This document shows positions 8,317 to 15,754 of a DNA stretch of 20,000 nucleotides, in pieces. The position numbers and the translations under genes were made by a program. The stretch lies in the IMG/VR virus record IMGVR_UViG_3300031182_000006; one strand, given 5' to 3'. This stretch comes from an uncultured virus (IMG/VR IMGVR_UViG_3300031182_000006). Its lineage: Duplodnaviria; Heunggongvirae; Uroviricota; Caudoviricetes. Position 1 is the first letter of the stretch; the number at the start of each line of letters is the position of its first letter. The notes below the pieces were generated by a model, which ran no database searches, was not told the origin of the DNA, and was given only the letters and a program-made list of their open reading frames with translations.

Positions 8317-9138
8317 TTAGGAGGTTAGAACGTCAATCGCCCAGCTATCGAGCTCATCTTTTAGACGGTCCACCTCGGAGAGATCAAAGCAGAAAACATC
8401 ATGTTTCTCAGGCTCCCCAGATTTGATCTTACTGATGAAATCTTCGTTTATCTCGTTTACATCTATTTGGTAAATAAGCCCTATATGTTCGAGATCTGTG
8501 AATGTTTTTGTTTTAAGCAGACCAAAAGTTGGGTACTCAGGAATGGATTTGAGGATTTTGTCTTTGATCGAACTATCCTCAAACATAAGTTCTTCTTCGA
8601 TCTCTCTCTTAATAGACAGACGCAAATAATTTATTTCGGGATTAAAATAGATCTCAGGACTGAATTCGACGTGTCCTTGGATCAATGTGATCTTTTTTGC
8701 TATACGATTATTTTCATTAGTTTTAAGCATAATCACTTTCTTCCCGTCAGTAATAAATGCGCCTACGACAATCTGTCTGTATCTAACATCATATTCAGCG
8801 TCACAGCGCTGAATAAATCGTACAAAAGGATCTTGTGTATAAAGCAATTTATTACTAAAAACAAAGTTTCCGTCATGAGCCAGTTCTTGTTCTTTTGAGT
8901 TTACATTCAAAGTAAAGACGGGCCAATCCGAATCCTCTGTGTAAATTATGTCAGATGCCAGACAGAGAAGATATTTTGAATATTTTTCTTTGTCGAACCT
9001 GAGAAGAGAGTTTCTCAGCTCATATTTGATATAGTTATAGCTATCGGAATCTACTGGGTGTTTACGGAGTTCAGACTCAAGATCCCGAATCCTCTCCAAT
9101 GTTACGGGACTCTCCCGATCCATATAATTTTCGGACAT
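8317..9138 (-). CDS. Nudix hydrolase
   Basis: 273 aa; QGHVE...SIKREIEEEL Nudix box with an insertion; YRQIVVGAFI and HIGLIY resemble YmaB-type Nudix proteins. Confidence 0.75.
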   Translation of the reverse strand: MSENYMDRESPVTLERIRDLESELRKHPVDSDSYNYIKYELRNSLLRFDKEKYSKYLLCLASDIIYTEDSDWPVFTLNVNSKEQELAHDGNFVFSNKLLYTQDPFVRFIQRCDAEYDVRYRQIVVGAFITDGKKVIMLKTNENNRIAKKITLIQGHVEFSPEIYFNPEINYLRLSIKREIEEELMFEDSSIKDKILKSIPEYPTFGLLKTKTFTDLEHIGLIYQIDVNEINEDFISKIKSGEPEKHDVFCFDLSEVDRLKDELDSWAIDVLTS

Positions 9139-9171
9139 TTAAAAGCTCCTTTCCGTTTCTACTTCCCCATA

Positions 9172-9810
9172 TTAATTTGTTTTTTGAGATTTATTTTTTA
9201 ATTTATATTCTTCATATGCTTCTTTAACACCTTTATCACAGAGCGAGTTTTGAAGGATGATAAACGCAAATTCTTCATCGCTAACCTTACAATTATTAAA
9301 TTTTTCAAATTTTTTCTTAACTTGTTTCATATTTTTACTAGAAACATGTGAGTTTACATGAAAGAATTCAACCTTGATCTTTTTCTCTTTCTTCAACCAC
9401 TCTATATATGCAAAAGATTTCAATATCTCTTCTTGATTGATAACTGGCTCATTGTTCGAATTATACAAAATACCATTTTTCGCTCTCCTTATCCAACCAT
9501 ATATCCATTTAGTTAAGGAATTATAATAAAGCATCGAATCGGTAAAAACTTTTACTTGATATTCTCCTTTATATAATTCACTTTCTTTGATTTTTTGAAC
9601 AACCCATTCCAAACCTTTTCTAATAGCATTGATTTCTGAGAAATTTCCTGTCGCATTTACATTGACATTTTTCTCCTCATATGCCAACTCAGGCTTAGAA
9701 TTATCTATAACATGCAACACACGAACTGATGTTACAGAATCGAATTTAGGTGGTTTTTCTTGGGTTCGAAATTGGCCACCATCAGTAAATATGAGAAACT
9801 TTATCATCAT
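9172..9810 (-). CDS. rnhA: Ribonuclease HI
   Basis: IFTDGG (D), NFSEINA (E), VFTDS (D), WIYGW, HVNSH, NSLCD (D): the complete RNase HI catalytic set; start at ATG 9810/9807 after SD GAGGTG. Confidence 0.9.
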   Translation of the reverse strand: MMIKFLIFTDGGQFRTQEKPPKFDSVTSVRVLHVIDNSKPELAYEEKNVNVNATGNFSEINAIRKGLEWVVQKIKESELYKGEYQVKVFTDSMLYYNSLTKWIYGWIRRAKNGILYNSNNEPVINQEEILKSFAYIEWLKKEKKIKVEFFHVNSHVSSKNMKQVKKKFEKFNNCKVSDEEFAFIILQNSLCDKGVKEAYEEYKLKNKSQKTN

Positions 9811-9817
9811 AGTCACC

Positions 9818-10132
9818 TCATTCTTCTATGCATGTTATGTATTCGGGTGGTATAACATCAATCGCAATTAATTCATCATCATATACTCCCTGAATAAGTG
9901 GGAAATCATCCGGTAGAGTTACCTTTAAAATTACAGTTTCCTCATCTTCGCCAAAGAAATCTTCGTCCATCCAACTACCCAAAGCATCTTCTAATGCTTC
10001 AATTGTTTTAAATAAATAAACTCCTTTCGGATCATTTACACGTATGGTATTTTTACCAATTTGTGGAATAAGCCCTTGTTTCATTATGGATTCTTTATTT
10101 TCTGCTTTTGTTATATGATAACAATAACGCAT
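9818..10132 (-). CDS. Stand-alone ADP-ribosyltransferase-fold protein (Tpt1/KptA C-lobe-like)
   Basis: 104 aa; YHIT...IMKQGLIP...GVYLF...VILKV...DDELIA..VIPPEYI. Confidence 0.65.
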   Translation of the reverse strand: MRYCYHITKAENKESIMKQGLIPQIGKNTIRVNDPKGVYLFKTIEALEDALGSWMDEDFFGEDEETVILKVTLPDDFPLIQGVYDDELIAIDVIPPEYITCIEE

Positions 10133-10134
10133 TT

Positions 10135-10200
10135 TTACATCACCTTACCTAAAAGTTGCTCAAAAAAATGAACTATAATATAAGGCGGCCGCCTTGCCAT
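10135..10200 (-). CDS. Possible 21-aa micropeptide MARRPPYIIVHFFEQLLGKVM
   Basis: Perfect SD AAGGAGG (10210-10216) 9 nt before ATG 10200; stop ends 3 nt before ATG 10132. Alternatively this is only the antisense face of sRNA-2. Confidence 0.35.
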   Translation of the reverse strand: MARRPPYIIVHFFEQLLGKVM

Positions 10201-10263
10201 CTGGTTTGACCTCCTTCATCCCATTGGGCTTGTATACATTCGTTGTATACAGGCCGCCTTTTT
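10181..10263 (+). ncRNA. Putative structured small RNA (sRNA-2) with exposed anti-SD
   Basis: GC-rich island; AAGGCGGCC (10182-10190) pairs with GGCCGCCTT (10252-10260); 12-bp stem 10227-10238/10244-10255 with a plus-strand G-U; T tract; CCTCCTT at 10210-10216; preceded by AACT-ATAATA-TA. Confidence 0.45.
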
Positions 10264-10275
10264 ATTCTATAAATA

Positions 10276-10319
10276 AAAAATATACCGTATACCTTCATTG
10301 AGGTATACGGTATATTTTT
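10276..10319. terminator. Bidirectional intrinsic terminator
   Basis: 19-bp stem AAAAATATACCGTATACCT / AGGTATACGGTATATTTTT. Confidence 0.85.
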
Positions 10320-10656
10320 ATTGTCTTTTTACCGAAATGACATCAAATTTATACTCATTAAATCCGTTAAACAACGAATCATCAACTTCAAGTAAAAGGG
10401 AGTTACGAATTCTTCCTTTGATATATGCATCATTGTCATATCTAAACTCTTTTTTCACAGCTTCGGTAAGCTGGTCTTTGAAGTTTTTCATTGCCGCATA
10501 AGGTACAAATTCTCCGGTCTCGCGGCCAGCAAAGTCGTAATCTTCTAGTTTAAGTTCGGGAAAACCAATAACAATACAGCTTATTTTCTTCGTTTCATCA
10601 TTTCTCCCAATTAGTACCCTAAACGAAAAGATAGTTGGTTTATCATAGAACATCAT
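10318..10656 (-). CDS. Hypothetical protein
   Basis: 112 aa, SD GGAGG, in an operon with the upstream genes. Confidence 0.8.
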   Translation of the reverse strand: MMFYDKPTIFSFRVLIGRNDETKKISCIVIGFPELKLEDYDFAGRETGEFVPYAAMKNFKDQLTEAVKKEFRYDNDAYIKGRIRNSLLLEVDDSLFNGFNEYKFDVISVKRQ

Positions 10657-10683
10657 ACCCTCCGCCGTCCTCTCCCAAGATCA

Positions 10684-11352
10684 TTATTTAGTAACAATTT
10701 CGTCTAGAGTTTCTGGAAGAATGAATCCATCGACCTCAAGATAAGTATATTTCGTTTCAATAATACTCATATCTTGTTTTTCAATTTCTTTCGACATTTT
10801 AAGTTTAATTTGGAGCATTTCCTTGAGATCGTCAGAGATATATTCATCATATTCCTCGATGAATTGAATGAAATTTCCTCTGACGTTTTGAAGCGGGATA
10901 AAAAGTTTACCAGAATGTACCAATTGATGAACAGTGGTTGACAAGGGAATAAGACCGACCTTGTTCTGATAATGAAGTTTCATAACTTCTTTCGCAATCT
11001 TGAGCGGTCTGATCGGATTTCCCTCACGAATCCATTTTTCAAGCACAATTTGGGTAATATCATAAAGGGTAAAAGGTTCGTGATGAATCTCAATGGACAC
11101 TTTACCTTTACCGTTTTTTACCACACCTTGAAAGAATGAGCATTGTGTCATGTCAATATATTCACGCAGGTAACCAGTATAGTCTTTATTTTCAAGAGAT
11201 GAGCGAACATCCCGCTCGATGCTTTTGATTAACTTAACTTTATCTTTATCAGATGTAATGACAACATTTCGACTTGTCGGGGGAATATTTTCTATTCTTT
11301 TTACCTCTATTTTACTATCATTGGTGTAAGATTCAATCTTAGGTAATCGCAT
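10684..11352 (-). CDS. HNH-like jumbo-phage protein, paralogue of 443..1084
   Basis: 222 aa; QC..IEIHHEPFTLYD and LSTTVHQLVHSGKLFI align with ORF 443. Confidence 0.7.
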   Translation of the reverse strand: MRLPKIESYTNDSKIEVKRIENIPPTSRNVVITSDKDKVKLIKSIERDVRSSLENKDYTGYLREYIDMTQCSFFQGVVKNGKGKVSIEIHHEPFTLYDITQIVLEKWIREGNPIRPLKIAKEVMKLHYQNKVGLIPLSTTVHQLVHSGKLFIPLQNVRGNFIQFIEEYDEYISDDLKEMLQIKLKMSKEIEKQDMSIIETKYTYLEVDGFILPETLDEIVTK

Positions 11353-11402
11353 TTTTTAACCCCCTCTACTGAAGTTTTAATTCATAGTGTTACATGACGG
11401 AT

Positions 11403-11651
11403 TTAGATTTCCACAAGCATATTTTCTACAACGTTTTCAACCTTTTCCTCAATATCTTCATTGTCATGATCGTATTCAGGAATATTTGAAACCAATTTCT
11501 TGATTTCAGGATCGTTTTCCGCACCGATCACAGCAATATCGGGGTCATTGAGAAAAATATCTTTAACGTCTACCGAATTTTCAAGTACAGAATCATTCAC
11601 AGATTCCTGTTCTTTATATTTATGAATAGATTTTTTAAGATCGTTAAACAT
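11403..11651 (-). CDS. Small acidic hypothetical protein (late-type promoter)
   Basis: 82 aa, SD AAGGGGAG; D/E-rich. Confidence 0.8.
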   Translation of the reverse strand: MFNDLKKSIHKYKEQESVNDSVLENSVDVKDIFLNDPDIAVIGAENDPEIKKLVSNIPEYDHDNEDIEEKVENVVENMLVEI

Positions 11652-11675
11652 ACCAATCTCCCCTTATGAGGTTTT

Positions 11676-11687
11676 TACATTAATGTT
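11676..11687 (-). promoter_or_regulatory. Late-type promoter AACA-N6-TA
   Basis: AACA TTAATG TA 25 nt upstream of ATG 11651; shares CTAAAACATTA with the site at 381-391. Confidence 0.6.
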
Positions 11688-12126
11688 TTAGGACGACGTA
11701 GTTGATTATCTCTTTCATATCAAAATACTCATCGGGGGTAACGCATGATTCTCCATCTTCATCCAAATCTTCAAGTATCCTCTGTATAAAAATAAAAAAC
11801 TGAGCTAAAATCTTTCTCTCCTTTTTACCAAATTTAATATATTTCGCCATTTTCTTTATTTCGCTATAAAATAAACCCAATTCTTCAATCCTACCTAAAG
11901 CTATTGCTTTAGCCTCATCCAACTCATAGTCGAATAGGGCCATCTTATACAAAGGATTCCATCTCAATTCACGATCTTCAATATCCTCCACCCCGGTTGT
12001 ATCTATATCCGACACTTTACAAATGTCATAGTTCTTAAATCCTCTTGATTTCAAAAATGACTTTAATATCTTCTTTTTCCTAGCGTAACCAACAAAATTA
12101 TTATTTCGAAAGATCAAATAGATCAT
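11680..12126 (-). CDS. Hypothetical protein, paralogue family A
   Basis: 148 aa; N-terminal Y-hydrophobic strand, F-x-x-(S/Q)-R...Y-x-I-x-K-V, C-terminal YIKFGKKERKIL. Confidence 0.8.
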   Translation of the reverse strand: MIYLIFRNNNFVGYARKKKILKSFLKSRGFKNYDICKVSDIDTTGVEDIEDRELRWNPLYKMALFDYELDEAKAIALGRIEELGLFYSEIKKMAKYIKFGKKERKILAQFFIFIQRILEDLDEDGESCVTPDEYFDMKEIINYVVLKH

Positions 12127-12608
12127 TCGCTCACATTCCTTCCAATTATTTTAAATGCCATTTTTCCAAGATTGAAGAAAATATCCTCAGGTGAATCTTC
12201 ATCGGGAGCTATTTCATATTCGAATCTATTGGAATATTCATTGAGATGATGAATGACCATGGAAATAAATTCCAATACTGTTGTATATTCATCATCCTTC
12301 AGTTTCAAAAATGGTAATATTCCCTCAAAAAGATTTTTTAGTGTAGAATTTATATCCAAGATCATTTGATCAAATGATATACTAAAGTATTCGAACTCAT
12401 CTGGGAACATTACTACTCCCGAGACAAGTACTGCATTTATGTCTATTTCTCTTAAATATTCTTCTATTTCATCAGCATCAACTTTCTCAATTTTGTATTG
12501 TTTCATATCTCTTTGCTTCTTGAAACATTTTAAAATTTCTTTATTTGGTATAATCCCTATAAGGGAGTAATCTTGGTCTATATCAAGTACTGCATATACT
12601 TTTCCCAT
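12123..12608 (-). CDS. Hypothetical protein, paralogue family A
   Basis: 161 aa, SD AAGGAGG; FKKQRDMKQYKIEKV, ILPFLKLKDDE. Confidence 0.85.
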   Translation of the reverse strand: MGKVYAVLDIDQDYSLIGIIPNKEILKCFKKQRDMKQYKIEKVDADEIEEYLREIDINAVLVSGVVMFPDEFEYFSISFDQMILDINSTLKNLFEGILPFLKLKDDEYTTVLEFISMVIHHLNEYSNRFEYEIAPDEDSPEDIFFNLGKMAFKIIGRNVSE

Positions 12609-12622
12609 AATTTTACCTCCTT

Positions 12623-13096
12623 TTATGGGTCAAATACTCCAAGGGCAGGTTCTATAATTTTATCCATTTTGAAAAATCTATCGTTAACCATTTGGTATTC
12701 GAATATGTTACATTCCATAGATTTTTCACTATATTCTTTTTGATGCATGACGACTATCTCAATGAAATCCATCAAAATAGTCATCTCATTTTTATCTAAT
12801 TTAATGATAGGCAGTATCTCATTGATCAACTTGAGAATCAAGCTTTCCAAATTACTTATATTATCGACTAGATTTTCTATGATGTATTCATTTTCATCGG
12901 AGAATACAACATAACCATTCATCAATTCAGCAGAATAACCTTTTTTAATTAGCTCTTTGATTATTTTCGGATCGTCAACTGATTCTATTCTATATCCCGC
13001 CATGTCTCTCTGTGTTTTAAATAACTTATGTTCATCCTTTGAAAGTATGGCACGTATAATGCCATCGTTATTTAATACAACATAATGCTCTTTCAT
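12623..13096 (-). CDS. Hypothetical protein, paralogue family A
   Basis: 157 aa; FKTQRDMAGYRIESV, ILPIIKLDKNE. Confidence 0.85.
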   Translation of the reverse strand: MKEHYVVLNNDGIIRAILSKDEHKLFKTQRDMAGYRIESVDDPKIIKELIKKGYSAELMNGYVVFSDENEYIIENLVDNISNLESLILKLINEILPIIKLDKNEMTILMDFIEIVVMHQKEYSEKSMECNIFEYQMVNDRFFKMDKIIEPALGVFDP

Positions 13097-13335
13097 TCAT
13101 CGTCACCACTATTATTGAGAAGTTTTCCTAAACGTATCACTTCTTTTACTTCTTCTTTACTTTTAGCTTTACGAAGTGCTTTAGCTTTCTTTTTCAAAAT
13201 CTTTATAGCTTTCTCAGCAAGTTCTTGTTTCTCAGGTGATAATCTAAGATAGCCGACATAGTTTTCAAGTTCATCAGACACAAAGGTTAAATTTTTAGAA
13301 AATTTATCGACAGTTTCACGCACTTCTTTTTTCAT
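13093..13335 (-). CDS. Small basic helical protein, possibly the C-terminal module of family A alone
   Basis: 80 aa, SD GAGGAGG; ELENYVGYLRLSPEKQELAEKA resembles DLEHYIKYYSMGKKEKKVLLKA of 17272..17787. Confidence 0.8.
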   Translation of the reverse strand: MKKEVRETVDKFSKNLTFVSDELENYVGYLRLSPEKQELAEKAIKILKKKAKALRKAKSKEEVKEVIRLGKLLNNSGDDE

Positions 13336-13365
13336 TTAAATTACCTCCTCAAATTGTCTTTATTA

Positions 13366-13374
13366 ATGATATAT
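13366..13374 (-). promoter_or_regulatory. Early-type motif variant ATATATCAT
   Basis: 31 nt upstream of ATG 13335, downstream of a terminator. Confidence 0.5.
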
Positions 13375-13393
13375 AAACAATAAAAAATTAAAA

Positions 13394-13418
13394 AAAGAGA
13401 GCTATAAGAACTCTCTTT
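13394..13418 (-). terminator. Intrinsic terminator
   Basis: AAAGAGAG / CTCTCTTT stem plus A tract. Confidence 0.6.
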
Positions 13419-13962
13419 ATTCAAGAACTAAAGAAAGTCTTTCAAAATACTTTCTCGTAGAGGAAATCATCTTTATAATACGGAGATTCGTGAAGAAATC
13501 AAAATCTTCATTAGTTTCAATCTTTTGTTTCTTGTTACCATAGTTGTCGTTGAAATAATTAATGATGTCGCCTAATGAAACTATTACAGGTAAGAAAAGA
13601 TCAATCGCCCGTTTTAATTTGAAAACTGTATCTTCAGAAATAAGTAATGTGAGTTCCCTCATATTCAAATTTTTGGATAACTCCATAATTAAAGTGGCTA
13701 CCAAATTCTTAGTATATATTAAATCAATACATTTTCTGAATTTCTTCATTTGACTATTTATTACCGTAATTTTTTCATTCAATTTTTCATCGATGGGAAG
13801 ATTATGTCTTTTCGCGTAAGTATAAAAGGAACCCATAAATATAGGATCTCGTTCATCATCAGAATATTCAATTCCGTATGTCAGTATGGTAGATAGAACC
13901 ATGAGTGTTTCCGTTCTCGGAAATCCAATCATCTTAGAAATCTTGGCTTTACTTTTTTTCAT
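13417..13962 (-). CDS. Hypothetical protein, tandem paralogue of 14061..14618
   Basis: 181 aa, SD GGAGG; PRTETLMVLSTILTYG and LKRAIDLFLPVIVSLGDII align with the neighbour. Confidence 0.85.
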   Translation of the reverse strand: MKKSKAKISKMIGFPRTETLMVLSTILTYGIEYSDDERDPIFMGSFYTYAKRHNLPIDEKLNEKITVINSQMKKFRKCIDLIYTKNLVATLIMELSKNLNMRELTLLISEDTVFKLKRAIDLFLPVIVSLGDIINYFNDNYGNKKQKIETNEDFDFFTNLRIIKMISSTRKYFERLSLVLE

Positions 13963-14001
13963 TGTACTACCTCCAAGTATTTTTATTTCTTAATCAAAGT
14001 A

Positions 14002-14010
14002 ATTATATAT
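14002..14010 (-). promoter_or_regulatory. Early-type motif variant ATATATAAT
   Basis: 40 nt upstream of ATG 13962. Confidence 0.45.
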
Positions 14011-14023
14011 AAATAAAAAAAAT

Positions 14024-14051
14024 AAGAAAATGCCTTTGTAGACATTTTCTT
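14024..14051. terminator. Intrinsic terminator
   Basis: AAGAAAATG / CATTTTCTT stem with A and T tracts. Confidence 0.6.
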
Positions 14052-14060
14052 TTTTATAGT

Positions 14061-14618
14061 TCAAAAGACTTTTAACATCTTTTTCACAGCATCGTTAGTG
14101 GTCGCTATCATTTCCAAAGCATAAAACTGTTTTGAAAATTCTTCGTCTGGTATATGTGTAACTTCTGGTGTAAATAAGTTTACAACTTTTCTGAATTTAC
14201 CCTTTATATATTTAACCACATCTTCCAGAGCATCAAGTACTGGGATGAGGAGTGTTATCGATTTCTTTATATATACAGACTCTTCTTCTGTTATAAAAAT
14301 AATTGATTCTTTTACGTTTTCCATTGCTAAAAGTTGGTTGAATATGTGCTCCATTCGTATATTGGGGAAATGTTTATTTATATTTCTATTGAAGCGACGT
14401 AAGGCTTTTTGAAGATTTTCATATTTATCACAATATTCTTTCTCTTCGAATAAACCACTTTTTTCAGAGAATTTTTTCAATAACCTGAAATTTATTATGT
14501 TTTTGAGATCATATCTCTTAGTCACATCATTAGCAAACGCCAATAAAGTAGTCATTGCTACCGTTGTATCGAGAGGTGGGACTTTAAATTCTTTCAAAGC
14601 AATATTATTATTTGTCAT
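14061..14618 (-). CDS. Hypothetical protein, tandem paralogue of 13417..13962
   Basis: SD GGGAGG 9 nt before ATG 14618 (track uses GTG 14624); PPLDTTVAMTTLLAFA, IKKSITLLIPVLDALEDVV. Confidence 0.85.
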   Translation of the reverse strand: MTNNNIALKEFKVPPLDTTVAMTTLLAFANDVTKRYDLKNIINFRLLKKFSEKSGLFEEKEYCDKYENLQKALRRFNRNINKHFPNIRMEHIFNQLLAMENVKESIIFITEEESVYIKKSITLLIPVLDALEDVVKYIKGKFRKVVNLFTPEVTHIPDEEFSKQFYALEMIATTNDAVKKMLKVF

Positions 14619-14654
14619 ATTCACAAGCCTCCCTATTTAATAAAATGAAAAGAA

Positions 14655-14689
14655 AAAACAATGAGGGATTTTTTATCCCTCATTGTTTT
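14655..14689. terminator. Intrinsic terminator
   Basis: 15-bp stem AAAACAATGAGGGAT / ATCCCTCATTGTTTT. Confidence 0.85.
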
Positions 14690-14693
14690 CACA

Positions 14694-15725
14694 TTAGAAT
14701 TTAAGATCTTCCAAGACCTTGATGAACTCCTGCTCTTTCTCGTTCAGCGGAAAAGTAGCATATCCGTATGAGTTTTTGTAGATTGGACGAATTTCACCTT
14801 TGACATTTACTACAACAAAGAAACTTTGATTATGATACGTAATTGCTTTTTTCAAAATCGTGCTAGCCATTTCCCTAGTGATGTTCGACTCCTCAATATA
14901 GTCGTTGAGCTCATGTTGTTGAAGAACACTAAGAGGAGCTCCATCAACGAAAATTACTTCCTCATCAGACAATTTCTTACTGTAGAAACAGCGAAGGAAG
15001 ATGTTCTCCACCCGTTTGTCTACACCATTAACATTGGTAAGACCTTCGGGCGAATTTTTGTTGAGGATAAGCCTCTTACCTTCATCATTGAAAGAAATAA
15101 GCTCACCCTCTTCATTACGGTGAAACAAGCGGTTAGTGACAACCCGTCCCGGATTGAAGCAGTATTTAGGAGTGGTGAAGTCATCGGTCTTCTTTCTGCT
15201 GACAAGAAGTGAATGTCTGACTGCTTCCCGCAATTCACGAAGATTTTCCTTCACACTATGATGTGTGGTTAATACAAGACGATCAATCAATCTAACGTTG
15301 ATAGAAATTTCCGTGTTGATACAGAATCTAACATTAGGAGAAACTTCGATAACTTTAAATACATTCACAACATGTCGATTAATGTTCGACCTCCGTCCCG
15401 AACTAACCTCGGGAAACGTGTGAATAATGTAGTTACCGACTTCGATGAGAACTTTAGCCAAGCAGTTTTCGGGGAAGTTATCCCTGACGCAGTCGTTGGT
15501 AGCAACTGCAAACTGCTTCTGACCTTTTCGGTTAGTCATAATCAAGACATTTTTTCCAGGTTCACAATATTCGTAAAAGTACAGCTGTCGGTCGTTTCCA
15601 TGGAAGCCGTCAGTGATTAAACTGTTAGAGATGTTAAATACATCACCAACTTGAAGTTTGTCTTTCTCGATCCCCGGAAATACAAGGGAGTTATTTTCTA
15701 CTCTATAGAAACGATCGATATTCAT
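14694..15725 (-). CDS. Hypothetical protein
   Basis: 343 aa ORF, SD GAGG; no motif recognised. Confidence 0.85.
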   Translation of the reverse strand: MNIDRFYRVENNSLVFPGIEKDKLQVGDVFNISNSLITDGFHGNDRQLYFYEYCEPGKNVLIMTNRKGQKQFAVATNDCVRDNFPENCLAKVLIEVGNYIIHTFPEVSSGRRSNINRHVVNVFKVIEVSPNVRFCINTEISINVRLIDRLVLTTHHSVKENLRELREAVRHSLLVSRKKTDDFTTPKYCFNPGRVVTNRLFHRNEEGELISFNDEGKRLILNKNSPEGLTNVNGVDKRVENIFLRCFYSKKLSDEEVIFVDGAPLSVLQQHELNDYIEESNITREMASTILKKAITYHNQSFFVVVNVKGEIRPIYKNSYGYATFPLNEKEQEFIKVLEDLKF

Positions 15726-15754
15726 ATCGCTGTTCCTCTCTTTCTCTTTATTGC

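Noticed and set aside
10184..10258. tRNA: 75 nt closed by a 7-bp GGCGGCC/GGCCGCC stem with a TTCG loop
   Set aside because: No pairing D-arm or anticodon arm, non-canonical T-arm and no CCA on either strand
10181..10263. Retron msr-msd (terminal inverted repeats next to RNase H)
   Set aside because: No reverse transcriptase in the window, and the element is short
11403..11651. Prohead-protease cleavage sites (VLE/VVE) in the small acidic protein
   Set aside because: Motif too short to distinguish from chance in a Glu-rich protein
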